Assembly (NCBI GenBank): GCA_048882045.1
Contig: JBHLRZ010000012.1
Coordinates: 10,012 to 74,011, forward strand
Length of the DNA stretch: 64,000 nt
DNA from: Candidatus Thorarchaeota archaeon
Lineage (GTDB): Archaea; Asgardarchaeota; Thorarchaeia; Thorarchaeales; Thorarchaeaceae
Reading direction: 5' to 3'
Shown: one piece after another, positions 1 to 9,709 of the stretch
How positions within the stretch are numbered: the stretch's first letter is position 1
Layout of the letters: each line of letters opens with the position of its first letter
Notes under the pieces: model-generated
Database searches by the model: none
The model's input: the letters and a program-made list of their open reading frames with translations, nothing else
Told to the model about the DNA's origin: nothing
Program-made: the position numbers and the translations under genes

Positions 1-81
1 GATCTTTTTTGCGAGATGGCGTAATGTCTGTCTTGAGTTGTCCATCAATTCAAAGACAATGCGTTTGTCGTATTCATCCAA
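1..81 (-). CDS. Lrp/AsnC-type HTH transcription regulator (N-terminal fragment, runs off window)
   Basis: Manual translation from TTG at 81: LDEYDKRIVFELMDNSRQTLRHLAKKI, matching the Lrp/AsnC N-terminal pattern LD..D..I...L..NSR......LA. Confidence 0.7.
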   Translation of the reverse strand, partial: MDEYDKRIVFELMDNSRQTLRHLAKKI

Positions 82-125
82 GACAATCAGCCTATATCAA
101 CAGGCGATTCATCTTGTGAGATTTA

Positions 126-1208
126 TCACTTATCATTGATTGATTCGTAGTAATGACAGGCAATTTGATGCATCGAGGAAACATAGCGGAGTTCGGGTTT
201 CTGCTCAACGCATCTCTTTTCTGCGTGAGGACACCTTGGATGAAATGAACATCCTCTTGGAATATCCCGCGGATTAGGTGGTGCGCCTGGAATCCCTCGC
301 AACTTTGGTCTCTCTTTTCTCGCCTTTTGCTGCATCATCAGACTCGTTGGACATGAAGCCATCAAACCCTGAGTGTATGGATGACTGGGATTGTGGAACA
401 TCTGCACCACGTCACCAACCTCGAGAATCCTACCTGAATACATGATGGCAACTCTGTCTGCTAGCTCTGCAATAATGGATGCATCATGAGACACTACCAT
501 CAATGCAACATCGAACTCATCCCTTACCATCTTCAAGACGTTCAAAATCTGAGCTTTCACTGTAACATCTAAAGCACTTGTTGGCTCATCGGCAATGACA
601 AGATATGGGGCTGCAATCAGGGCCATAGCGATTAGCACCCTCTGCGCCTCACCACCTGAGAATTTTCCAGGGTCGAAGGAATATCGTTCTCTTGCATCTA
701 TGAGGTTCACAAGGTCCAAGTACTCCAATACCCGCTTCTGCATCTCAGAATAACGAACATCTCCATTATGGATTTCAAGAGGTTCACAGGTTTGCATTCC
801 AATACTGAATATAGGTGTAAGAGCCCCCTGGAGTCCTTGGGGAATGTATGAAATATGGCTTCCAAGAAATCTCGCTCGCTCAGTTTCGGGAAGTGTCAAG
901 AAATCAATTCCCTGATACAACACCTCTCCTGATACGGTCTTGCTCCAGACCTCCTTGTCTATGTACTCTGTTTGGATAGGAAAGGTCCATTCGGACTTTA
1001 TCTTTGCATCATTATATCTGTGAGTGATCTGAAACAAACCAAGTGCAGCTTTTATCAGGGATGTCTTCCCACATCCAGATTCTCCCAGTAGACCGAGACA
1101 TTCTCCTTTATGTATGGTGAGTGAAACATCATCCACACTCACTATACTTCCTTTGCTGCTTGGAATGAAAGCTCTAAGATTTCTTATTTCAAAAAGAGAT
1201 TGTTGCAC
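126..1208 (-). CDS. oppD: Oligopeptide/dipeptide ABC transporter ATP-binding subunit
   Basis: Walker A GESGCGKT, signature FSGGEAQR, ADEPTSALDVT, HPYT and C-terminal GCSFHPRC...C...CH oligo_HPY domain. Confidence 0.9.
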   Translation of the reverse strand: MQQSLFEIRNLRAFIPSSKGSIVSVDDVSLTIHKGECLGLLGESGCGKTSLIKAALGLFQITHRYNDAKIKSEWTFPIQTEYIDKEVWSKTVSGEVLYQGIDFLTLPETERARFLGSHISYIPQGLQGALTPIFSIGMQTCEPLEIHNGDVRYSEMQKRVLEYLDLVNLIDARERYSFDPGKFSGGEAQRVLIAMALIAAPYLVIADEPTSALDVTVKAQILNVLKMVRDEFDVALMVVSHDASIIAELADRVAIMYSGRILEVGDVVQMFHNPSHPYTQGLMASCPTSLMMQQKARKERPKLRGIPGAPPNPRDIPRGCSFHPRCPHAEKRCVEQKPELRYVSSMHQIACHYYESINDK

Positions 1209-1214
1209 GGGAAT

Positions 1215-1691
1215 CTACTCTCCAACATAATTCCAGATAAGATAGCTAATACTGAGATGAACCAAACCGAATAGTGAAAATATCAGTGACTTTGCAGCTG
1301 AAACCTTTCCCCATGTAAATCCTATCAATATAGCCCAAAGACCAAGTATAACTTCTATTATCACAAAGACAGCTATCACATTTGGTTTTCCAAGGAACAA
1401 TGAGGACCCGAAAGAAACTGATGGCTCTTTGTATAATGCAACCTCTCCTCCGTCAACAACACTGATTTCGTGTATCCTTGGCAAAATACCCCGAGTATGT
1501 TCAATTTCCACAAGACTGCCTATCTTTGGTATTTCGCCTCTAGACTCTTTTCCGAACTGAAAGTCCGCTCTTTCTCCACTAATAGTCTTCAATGTGAGTC
1601 TTCCAGACACGAAACCAGCCCACTCACCAATCTCATGTCCAATTAAAATTCCAGAAGTGATTGTTGTTTCTGATGAGATTTCAGCCTTCAT
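1215..1691 (-). CDS. Hypothetical protein, two C-terminal TM helices
   Basis: 158-aa ORF between L37e and oppD on the same strand; hydrophobic C-terminal segments. Confidence 0.6.
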   Translation of the reverse strand: MKAEISSETTITSGILIGHEIGEWAGFVSGRLTLKTISGERADFQFGKESRGEIPKIGSLVEIEHTRGILPRIHEISVVDGGEVALYKEPSVSFGSSLFLGKPNVIAVFVIIEVILGLWAILIGFTWGKVSAAKSLIFSLFGLVHLSISYLIWNYVGE

Positions 1692-1750
1692 TATTGAAAA
1701 GGTTCAGGCTTTTGATAATAAACAGGTGTTTCAGAGTAGTGAAACAGGGA

Positions 1751-1939
1751 TTAGCCCCGGACACGAGGGCCGTGAACTTTCTTGTGCGCCCAGTTGTACT
1801 GTCGGAGCTTTGCTGAGCGACCGTATCCACATGCAGCGCATGCCTTATGCCTCACGTGATAGGATCTTCTGCCGCATCTTCTACATCGTATGTGGTGTGG
1901 GTTGTTCTTCTTACCTTTTGATGGTGTGCCTTTACCCAT
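1751..1939 (-). CDS. rpl37e: 50S ribosomal protein L37e
   Basis: [10 protein letters not shown]...[13 protein letters not shown]...CAACGYG zinc finger; downstream of Lsm as is typical in archaea. Confidence 0.97.
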   Translation of the reverse strand: MGKGTPSKGKKNNPHHIRCRRCGRRSYHVRHKACAACGYGRSAKLRQYNWAHKKVHGPRVRG

Positions 1940-1957
1940 CTTCTTTGACTCCTCTGG

Positions 1958-2206
1958 CTATTTGGGCGGAGGTGATACAAGAACGACGTTGTCGCCTCTC
2001 ACAATCACAGTCTTGACCACTTCGATGATCTGTTCATCCGTTTCAGGATTGATTGAAATCTCTTCAGCATCCTCTAATATGAGGTTCAGGTGTTGATCGA
2101 ATCCTCGCAGCTTTCCCTTGATTTTCTTTCTGCCTTTCAACTCAACCAGTACTTGGTCTCCGATCGAGGTCTGGAGAAGTTCCATAGGTCTGCCTGCGTT
2201 CAACAT
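1958..2206 (-). CDS. lsm: Sm-like archaeal protein (Lsm/SmAP)
   Basis: Sm1 GKLRGFDQHLNLIL and Sm2 IVRGDNVV motifs; probable ATG start at 2206. Confidence 0.95.
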   Translation of the reverse strand: MLNAGRPMELLQTSIGDQVLVELKGRKKIKGKLRGFDQHLNLILEDAEEISINPETDEQIIEVVKTVIVRGDNVVLVSPPPK

Positions 2207-2355
2207 AATCACCAACAGAATGCGTCATGTGGCCGATGGTCACCCGACGTTGGCGCTAGTTTTTGGGCTTGGCTTAAAAACATGACGATGAAGCCAGCAT
2301 ACCAAGTGGCTTAAACACGTCGTAGGCTTCAAAAGGACTACTTGCACACATCAAC

Positions 2356-2865
2356 ATGATGCCAAAGATAGAAAGAATCAAGAAACGCCATCTGTTGAAG
2401 AAGCGTGAGCAGAGAGACGAAATTGCGAGAATTGAGGGAGAGATTGGCTCTCCTATCGAGCGGCTTGATGGAAAGATCCAGCTCGAAGCCGGAGTCCTCG
2501 ACGATGGCTCACGAATTCTGCTTCTTGATGGTGAAATAATCTTCTTCGAACACGAGGGCAGGATGTTCCCGACCTTGAGAGCCCTTCTACATGGTCTTAT
2601 AGATGTTCCAAGGATAACCGTCGATATGGGTGCGGTACGTTTTGTTGTGAATGGAGCAGACATAATGCGTCCTGGAATCACAGAGATAGATCACCGAGTC
2701 CGGGAGAACTGTATCGTGGTAGTTGTGGATGAAAACCATAGCAAACCCCTGGCAGTTGGTGTGTCTAAGCTGTCAGCTGATGACTTACGTGCCGCAAGTA
2801 GTGGAAAGGTCATCAAGTCTGTTCATCATATCAACGATGATCTCTGGGTGTTCGGGAAATCCTGA
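2356..2865 (+). CDS. PUA-domain RNA-binding protein (DUF1947/MCT-1-like)
   Basis: FPTL..L, VDMGAVRFVVNGADIMRPGI, GKVIKSVHHINDDLW. Confidence 0.9.
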   Translation: MMPKIERIKKRHLLKKREQRDEIARIEGEIGSPIERLDGKIQLEAGVLDDGSRILLLDGEIIFFEHEGRMFPTLRALLHGLIDVPRITVDMGAVRFVVNGADIMRPGITEIDHRVRENCIVVVVDENHSKPLAVGVSKLSADDLRAASSGKVIKSVHHINDDLWVFGKS

Positions 2866-2869
2866 GATC

Positions 2870-5518
2870 CTATTCGTCGTCCTCTAGCTTGGCTCTGACA
2901 TGAGAGAGAGCAGCCTTGTAGACCTCTTTTGCAAACTCAGTTTCAAGTCCAGAGTTGTTCGCAAAACGGTCCCTTGCATACCCCTCTTTACTCGCCCCTA
3001 AGTCTTTCTTGACCACTTCTGAGATTGATGTGTAACTGTTTTCATAGAGAATTCTTGCATTGTCTCTGGACAATCTACTGGATGGAGAATCGTCACCTGG
3101 CAGAAGTTGTAGTTCAAGCAAGTCTGACCCAGCTAGATCTTTACACACTCCATACCGAACTTGTCTACTGAGCACAGTCATTCGTCTTGCAAGATTCTTT
3201 CTCTTCGTTGACACCAAGAATTGTGCTAGGTTCTCTGCACTTCTACTACAAATGCCAAGGAGCGAGTTGAGGTCTCCCTCATCCAGACTGATTCCTCGAG
3301 CCATATCAGCGGCCTCCTTTACAATTGTCGCTACATCCTGTTCCTCCAACCATCTCTCGAGGACTGCTTTCTTGACTGCCAACCGTTCAGGAACTCTCAT
3401 CACGTACCACTCTTCAGGTGGTTCCAGATTCATTAGGCTCATCTCAATCTTAGATGGAACATACGATCGTGGTCTGATTGATTGGGCCATTTTATGCTGG
3501 AGAAGCAGATCCAACAGTTCTGATTCGTCGGTATCCTCAGTAAGCTTCGTCAAGGATTCACTGATTCGAACGAAATCATCAATATCAATATTGGAAAGAA
3601 AAGCACTTCGTGCCATCTTGGACAATCTGTATCCCTTGTCAACTTCTTCAAAGACTTCCTCTCTGTCCAACCATTTGAAAAGTGAGGTGAAGAAACGTTT
3701 CATTCCTACTGAGTACTCCTTGTCTACAGTGCCTCTGAAGGTGCCTCTGACAAAATTCAGGAACTTCTCTTGAAGTTCATCACGAGTGAAAGTTCGTCCA
3801 TTGACTGTTTCTCTTGTCAAAATACTGACGGCAAGGCTCGGGTATAATCTACCAGGATTTAGTGGTTCTATGGGTCGATGAAGTAGTTTGTCTGCCCTAT
3901 CAAGAGGGTTCGGTCCATACGACTCCTCAAACGCCAGATACACCTTTCCTCCGTGTTGAGCCAGATAGTATTCTCCAATTCGTCCTGCGACCTGTAGATA
4001 TCGTGACCTGGTTACGAGATAGTACATACTCCTGTCAAAAAGAATCAGTACACAATCGAACGGAAAGCTGATACCAGAGGTAATGCCAGTTGTCGCTACA
4101 ACCGTTCTGACAGTCTTGTTTCTGATCTCTCTCTCCAGTCTTTCTCTAACACCCGCATCAAGTCCAGAATGATGGAATGCAACACCATACTTCAAGGTGT
4201 CAGCAAGTCTGTTACTAAGCGGAAGTTTCTCTCCTGAACCAACGATTCTGTTTTCAATTCCTTTGTTTGTGGATCGTGGATGGGTTCTAGCAAGTCTCCT
4301 TGCAACAGCTTGAGCTCGATACCTGGAGCTTGCTACAATCAGAATCGACTTGCCCTCGTAATCCTCCAGGTGGTCTATTACAGCATCAAGTATGTCTTCC
4401 TGTGAGGATTCTGCTCGTTGAGTCCCATCACTGCTGACAATCTCAAAGTGGTCGTTGACTATGCTCACTATAAACTCATCAGGCACAAGTTGCACATTCG
4501 GTCTAAAGACAGTCGCATCAAGCCACATGGTAACCTCTTCTGTTTCACCGAATCGCGAAGAAAGTGTGACAATCTGAGAGCTCTCCTTCATCAATGTGAT
4601 TATTGCGTCCAGCGTTGTACTCCTATCAGTTCCAAGACTTTGCGGAGTCACTTCCATGAAGGAATCAAGTTCAGTTAGTTCGTCTACTACTGTGAGGCTG
4701 AGGTTCTCTGTCCACTTTCTCTTTTGCAATAGAGCTGTTGCAAAAGACTCATACATCGCAATAACGAGGTTTCCCTTCTCAAGCTCATCAGCAGTAGCTC
4801 TTTGAAGACCATCATGTCGAACTACCGAGTATCCCAGCTCATTGAGAAGAGTCCCATATTCTTCAACAATCTGGCGGCTCAGAGACGTGTAGGGACTGAG
4901 ATATAGGCAGCGAACTCCCTGCTGTAGGCGCAATAGAATGATAATCATGGCTAGGAAGGTCTTTCCTGAACCAGGAGGCATCTGGATTACCAGATTGCCA
5001 TCGACATCCCCAATCTCTTGTATGAACTTCTCCTGAGCCGGGAGTAGACTCACGAAGTTCTTGTGCTTGAGCAGTATCTTTGCCGCATTCTGCACATCAG
5101 TTCCAGTTCCTATGGGTCCGCCAAGTTTGCCTATTGCTGCAAGTGCAAGTCTTCCCTCGTGTGTAATCATGAACCCTCTTTGCTTCCTCCCCTTTTCTCC
5201 GGTCGATATGACGAAACCTGAACGTACAAGCTTGTTCATAGTTTCATAGATGGTTCCCCCTGACATCAGAGTCTGCCGCTGTTTCTCGTATACAGCTTGT
5301 TGCTGGGATCTCTCTGTTTGCGATGTTGAAGCTGGCTTTGTCACTCCCTCTAATGTCAGCATCCCCTCAACTATTCCATCCCATCCCAGGCTTGGGACTA
5401 TCTCTCCTGTCTGAGGGCTCAGGACCTGTAGTATTTCGATTGCATGACGGTTACTGAGGGCTTTCAATTGCTCTCTCAGTTTCGAGAGGTCTTCGTCCTC
5501 CTTCCTCCGGGTCGACAT
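2870..5518 (-). CDS. Ski2/Hel308-like SF2 helicase with N-terminal winged-helix domain
   Basis: Walker A MPPGSGKT, motif II VVDELT, GVAFHHSGL, motif VI variant QVAGRIGE; N-terminal LKALSN..AIEILQVL...ITHEGR wHTH. Confidence 0.8.
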   Translation of the reverse strand: MSTRRKEDEDLSKLREQLKALSNRHAIEILQVLSPQTGEIVPSLGWDGIVEGMLTLEGVTKPASTSQTERSQQQAVYEKQRQTLMSGGTIYETMNKLVRSGFVISTGEKGRKQRGFMITHEGRLALAAIGKLGGPIGTGTDVQNAAKILLKHKNFVSLLPAQEKFIQEIGDVDGNLVIQMPPGSGKTFLAMIIILLRLQQGVRCLYLSPYTSLSRQIVEEYGTLLNELGYSVVRHDGLQRATADELEKGNLVIAMYESFATALLQKRKWTENLSLTVVDELTELDSFMEVTPQSLGTDRSTTLDAIITLMKESSQIVTLSSRFGETEEVTMWLDATVFRPNVQLVPDEFIVSIVNDHFEIVSSDGTQRAESSQEDILDAVIDHLEDYEGKSILIVASSRYRAQAVARRLARTHPRSTNKGIENRIVGSGEKLPLSNRLADTLKYGVAFHHSGLDAGVRERLEREIRNKTVRTVVATTGITSGISFPFDCVLILFDRSMYYLVTRSRYLQVAGRIGEYYLAQHGGKVYLAFEESYGPNPLDRADKLLHRPIEPLNPGRLYPSLAVSILTRETVNGRTFTRDELQEKFLNFVRGTFRGTVDKEYSVGMKRFFTSLFKWLDREEVFEEVDKGYRLSKMARSAFLSNIDIDDFVRISESLTKLTEDTDESELLDLLLQHKMAQSIRPRSYVPSKIEMSLMNLEPPEEWYVMRVPERLAVKKAVLERWLEEQDVATIVKEAADMARGISLDEGDLNSLLGICSRSAENLAQFLVSTKRKNLARRMTVLSRQVRYGVCKDLAGSDLLELQLLPGDDSPSSRLSRDNARILYENSYTSISEVVKKDLGASKEGYARDRFANNSGLETEFAKEVYKAALSHVRAKLEDDE

Positions 5519-5621
5519 TGCAATCAATCAGCTCTTTGGCTCGCGTGTGTGATAAAGTTTGGCTCCGCGATATAATACTCGCTCTTTTCTTGATATTACA
5601 GGTCTATCCATATGAACTGAG

Positions 5622-6032
5622 GTGTTCACAGTGAGGTCTCTATTCAAAAGAAACCGAAAGTCAGACTCATCTGAGGAAACAACAGCCCAAAGAACCCTAC
5701 CAAGTCTTGGCATCTTCTCTGCCGCCAAGGACTCCAAGCCTGAGCGACTTCTCAGTTATGATGTTAAGAGGCTTGCAGAGTTAGAACAGATATTCATCAG
5801 ATCAAAGAAACTGGAATCTCTCGCAGATGTATCATATGTTGTCAATGAGATTCGTGATGGTAACATTGTATTATTGGACATCTCACGACTCAACGATGGG
5901 AACGATCAGACCCATCTCGAACTCCGACGAATCATCGAACGAATCCGTGGTGAAACCAGAGGCTACATGGCTGAGATTGCACTTGTCAACGATGGTTGCA
6001 TGATAGTGACACCATCGTTTGTCAGTTTCTAG
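5622..6032 (+). CDS. sepF: Cell division protein SepF
   Basis: EIRDGNIVLLDIS.L ... L.RIIERI ... MIVTPS archaeal SepF core. Confidence 0.85.
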   Translation: MFTVRSLFKRNRKSDSSEETTAQRTLPSLGIFSAAKDSKPERLLSYDVKRLAELEQIFIRSKKLESLADVSYVVNEIRDGNIVLLDISRLNDGNDQTHLELRRIIERIRGETRGYMAEIALVNDGCMIVTPSFVSF

Positions 6033-6033
6033 A

Positions 6034-7953
6034 CTATCTCAGTTTCACAGTTTCTGTGACCAGGGGTGCCCTAGTTTCCACATTGAGCGCTTTGTGAATT
6101 GTAGATGCAAGACCAATTGTCTTGCTTGCTTCACCATGTGCAACAAGAACTCTTTCAGGGATTGGATTGACCCTCTTAACAAAGTTCAGGATCTGTTTTC
6201 TGTCGGAGTGTCCTGAGAAACCTTCCACAGTACTGACTTCCATATTCACTGGGACAACAGTAGTCTGTCCCTCTCGGTTTCTCATATTGACCTCTTTCCA
6301 GCCTTTCTGGATTCGCCTACCGAGGGTGCCTTCCCCCTGATAGCTCACAAAACAGAGCATGTTCTTGTCATCTGGAGCAAGAAGTCTGAAGTAGTCTACG
6401 CTTGGTCCTCCTGCTAGCATACCTGAAGTTGCCATTATGATGCATGGTTCAGCCTCTGTGATCTCTTCTCTCTGGTCAGGATTATCCACCTGCACAAAAA
6501 TATCTGCGAGGAATGGATTCACTCCTTGGTGGAATATCATTTCTCGTATCTTCTTACTCAACGCCTCAGGGTGAGTCGTGTGTATTGCTGTGGCTTGAGC
6601 AATCATCCCCTCGATGTACACAGGGACCTTTGGTATCCGTCCTTTTGAAACAAGGTCTTCAATGACTAGCATTATCTCCTGAGCTCTTCCGACTGCAAGG
6701 ACTGGAATCAGTACTTTCCCGCCTCGTTCTAGAGTACGTTTCAGTAGTGTTGCAAACTTCTTCTCAACTTCCTGTCTGGGGGGCATCTTGTCAGTAGGAT
6801 GCCCGTATGTACTCTCAATGATGAGGGTTTCAAGTCTTGGAAATGTGAATGTTGCAGGTTCTAGGAGTCTGGTTCTTCCGAACTTGAAGTCACCAGTATA
6901 GGCCATGTTGTACTGACCATCTCCTATGTGAAAGTGGACTATAGCAGACCCTAAGATGTGTCCAGCATTGTGAAGTGTTAATCTTACATCTGGTGCGATA
7001 TCGGTAACCTCTCCATAGTTAAGAGGTATAGTGTGCAGGATTGCCTCTTTGACATCTCTATCACGATACGGTCTCAGCTTCCCCTCGCGCTCTGCAACCT
7101 CCAAGTAGTCCAACTGCAGAAGTGTTGCTAGGTTCAGTGTTGGATGAGTCATATAGACTGGACCCCGATAACCGTATTTGAAGAGGAATGGAACCATTCC
7201 GCAGTGATCTAGGTGTGCATGTGTGATGACTACAGCATCCAGGTTGTCGACGCTAAACTCAGGCATGTCCAACCGTGGGAACGCCTTACTTGGTGTACCA
7301 ACATTTACACCACACTCAATCAGGACATTGCTCTCGGATGTCTGCAAGAACATACACTGTCTTCCGACTTCCCTAAAACCACCCATAGCTGTGAGTCGTA
7401 TCCATCCGTTGTCGACAAGTGGAGGTCGGTGGATTCTCTTTCCGATCTCACGAAAAGACTTGTTGCGTGTCGCCGCTTCTGATTGGATGATATACCGAAT
7501 CTGCTTGATTAGCTTACTCTCGATTGGTGGAGTTCTCATGACATTGGGACGCCAGAAGGTCTGCCTAGTAATCTCTCTTAGTGTTGTGCCACTACGACCA
7601 ATAACAAGTCCCGGTTTCTGGGCTTCGATTATGACCTCGCCTCTTGATATGTCAAAATCGATAGAGGTTATCTCAGCTTCATCTGGAACTAGCTCGCGTA
7701 CTGCTTTCTCAGTTTCTTCATGGGTCAATCTGACTTCAGGCGATGACCTGACCACAATGCGCTTTCGCATTTTTCGGGCTAGTGCCTTGATTTTGTCACC
7801 ATCGTCAATGAGGATCTTGGGTGCCTTTGAGTAGATTGCAATCTCTGGTCCCTCATACTCGACTGAACTTATGGCGGCTGACCTGGGTAGTGATTTCTTG
7901 ACTACCTCTCTGATATCAACGTATTCTTCTTCTCCATTATTATTGGGCTTCAT
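6034..7953 (-). CDS. fttA: beta-CASP ribonuclease aCPSF1 (transcription termination factor FttA)
   Basis: N-terminal KH domains (KPGLVIGRSG), MGGFREVGR, THAHLDHCG, AGHILGS, GFSGHSD, HGE; 639 aa; adjacent to psmB. Confidence 0.95.
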   Translation of the reverse strand: MKPNNNGEEEYVDIREVVKKSLPRSAAISSVEYEGPEIAIYSKAPKILIDDGDKIKALARKMRKRIVVRSSPEVRLTHEETEKAVRELVPDEAEITSIDFDISRGEVIIEAQKPGLVIGRSGTTLREITRQTFWRPNVMRTPPIESKLIKQIRYIIQSEAATRNKSFREIGKRIHRPPLVDNGWIRLTAMGGFREVGRQCMFLQTSESNVLIECGVNVGTPSKAFPRLDMPEFSVDNLDAVVITHAHLDHCGMVPFLFKYGYRGPVYMTHPTLNLATLLQLDYLEVAEREGKLRPYRDRDVKEAILHTIPLNYGEVTDIAPDVRLTLHNAGHILGSAIVHFHIGDGQYNMAYTGDFKFGRTRLLEPATFTFPRLETLIIESTYGHPTDKMPPRQEVEKKFATLLKRTLERGGKVLIPVLAVGRAQEIMLVIEDLVSKGRIPKVPVYIEGMIAQATAIHTTHPEALSKKIREMIFHQGVNPFLADIFVQVDNPDQREEITEAEPCIIMATSGMLAGGPSVDYFRLLAPDDKNMLCFVSYQGEGTLGRRIQKGWKEVNMRNREGQTTVVPVNMEVSTVEGFSGHSDRKQILNFVKRVNPIPERVLVAHGEASKTIGLASTIHKALNVETRAPLVTETVKLR

Positions 7954-8035
7954 AGATGGTCACAATCCTTGGCTACCAATGCCCTATGTTGTCTAATGGT
8001 CGGTCCTTGCACTCCTAATGCTGGACAGACCTTCC

Positions 8036-8050
8036 GCGAAACTGTTTCGC
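8036..8050. promoter_or_regulatory. Perfect 15-bp palindrome GCGAAAC-T-GTTTCGC in the psmB-fttA intergenic region
   Basis: 7-1-7 inverted repeat read directly; function inferred. Confidence 0.4.
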
Positions 8051-8073
8051 TAGGTGTTCAACAAATTCAGTCA

Positions 8074-8727
8074 CTACTGGCCTTTCCAGATCTTCATGAT
8101 GGTTTCTTTGTCGATCTCTTGGTATCCATCTTTGTCAATCACACTACACAGGATTGAGTTTCCTGTGGCTGCATCTCTCTCGATAGCAGCTGCTACGGCT
8201 CGGATAGCGAGCTCAATAGCTTTCTTCTTTGGAAGATCTTCTTTGTATCCGTCCTCCAACACACCCAAAGCAACTGGAGAACCAGAACCATTAGATGTGA
8301 ATTTGTCCGGAATGACCGAACCTACAAAGTCTGTGTAAAAGACCTGTGGACCCTCATCATCGAAACCGCCAACAAGAGATCCCAGCATGTAGAGCCCTCT
8401 GCCATTGAACATAATATTGCTAAGAAGACGTGTTAATGCTTTGACACGAATCGGTCTGCTTCTCTGAATCTCAAAGAGCTTGGCCTCGGCCCTCAAGTAA
8501 TCCATGATTTTCTGAGCGTCTGCAACTGATCCTGCAATCGTTGCACCAATCCGATCTGTGATTTTATAGATCTTCTGGGCTGTCTTGTTCGCTATCAGAT
8601 ATCCCATAGTGGCTCTCTGATCGCTTGCAAGTACGACGCAGTCTTTTCCTATTAGACCGACAGTGGTTGTTCCCGTCTTCAATTCAGCCGGGGGTTGCAT
8701 ATTATTTTCCATGTCAATTAACTCCAT
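8074..8727 (-). CDS. psmB: Proteasome beta subunit
   Basis: Propeptide then KTG|TTTVG, ASDQRAT, AGSVADAQ, GSGS, RDAATG. Confidence 0.97.
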   Translation of the reverse strand: MELIDMENNMQPPAELKTGTTTVGLIGKDCVVLASDQRATMGYLIANKTAQKIYKITDRIGATIAGSVADAQKIMDYLRAEAKLFEIQRSRPIRVKALTRLLSNIMFNGRGLYMLGSLVGGFDDEGPQVFYTDFVGSVIPDKFTSNGSGSPVALGVLEDGYKEDLPKKKAIELAIRAVAAAIERDAATGNSILCSVIDKDGYQEIDKETIMKIWKGQ

Positions 8728-8817
8728 ATAGGAGATGAAATCTAGAGAACTAGTGACAGCCTCAAGTCCTGTTTATGATATTTTAAGGTTTTCTCAGTGA
8801 CCATTGACGTACTAGTT

Positions 8818-9642
8818 TTACTGAGTCACATTCTCTGGTGGCGGTGGTCGCTTGAACAAGGTGACAATCTTGACCTCATCTATATCTTCCAATGCCTTGA
8901 GTATATCCTGTGCGATACCATATTCACCATACTGAATGTTCTCGATGAACCTGGTTTCCTCGCCCCATTCAATTGTCACAGTCTTCTTCTTCATCGTGAC
9001 ACTAAATCGGTCATCAGGAATTCCAGGGAGGCGTCTCTTGAGGACTGCTTCGAGTTTCTTATCCTTGTCTGAAACGATCTCTCTGATTATGACATCATAA
9101 ACCAAGGTCTTGCCAGCAAATGGACTATTGAAATCGACTCTGACTGATCTGCCAAAGTCTGTGGTGACCACACCTCGTTCGTTTCCAAACTCAATCTTTT
9201 CACCCACATATCCCTTTGCACCATGTTTTGCAAGCTTTGCCTTGGCAATCTTCTTGATCTTGGCAGGATCTCTTACTCCAGCTCCTCTCTCAGGGGGAAC
9301 CTCAATGGTCTTCGCATCTCCAACCTTCATACCAATGAGTTCTTCCTCTACTGCGGCGAGAAGCCAATTCCAACCAACCACAACCAAGACAGGTTCGTAC
9401 CTGTCACTCTCTTTGAACAAGCCCTCTTCTTTTGCCACTTCAAGGTGAGTTGTGTCGAATATTATTCCTTCTTTCTTAGTGCTCGCTGTGAAGTCAAGAT
9501 AGACCATGCTCTTCTCTGTGACTACTGTTTCGACCTTCGGAGCTGCTTTCTTGGTTGTCTTTTTCTCAGTAGTCTTCTCAGCCGCTGGCTTCTTTTTAGC
9601 AGCTGGTTTCTTCTTTGGTTTGGTCTCTTTCTTCTTAGACAT
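8818..9642 (-). CDS. Long-type FKBP peptidyl-prolyl isomerase with Lys/Ala-rich N-terminal extension
   Basis: IFDTT, GMKVG..KTIEVPPE..G.RDP, VDFNSPFAGKTLVY. Confidence 0.88.
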   Translation of the reverse strand: MSKKKETKPKKKPAAKKKPAAEKTTEKKTTKKAAPKVETVVTEKSMVYLDFTASTKKEGIIFDTTHLEVAKEEGLFKESDRYEPVLVVVGWNWLLAAVEEELIGMKVGDAKTIEVPPERGAGVRDPAKIKKIAKAKLAKHGAKGYVGEKIEFGNERGVVTTDFGRSVRVDFNSPFAGKTLVYDVIIREIVSDKDKKLEAVLKRRLPGIPDDRFSVTMKKKTVTIEWGEETRFIENIQYGEYGIAQDILKALEDIDEVKIVTLFKRPPPPENVTQ

Positions 9643-9709
9643 GTCTGGTTCCCTCGCAGAGTCTCCAAGAACAAATCTTGGCGCCGTTTGGTTTCATAAA
9701 ATGGTTTCC

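Noticed and set aside
3060-3773. Long antisense ORFs (this one, 7223-7834, 44780-45292, 57076-57549, 58805-59284 and others)
   Set aside because: Shadows of well-supported genes on the opposite strand; Ser-rich, with no recognisable motifs
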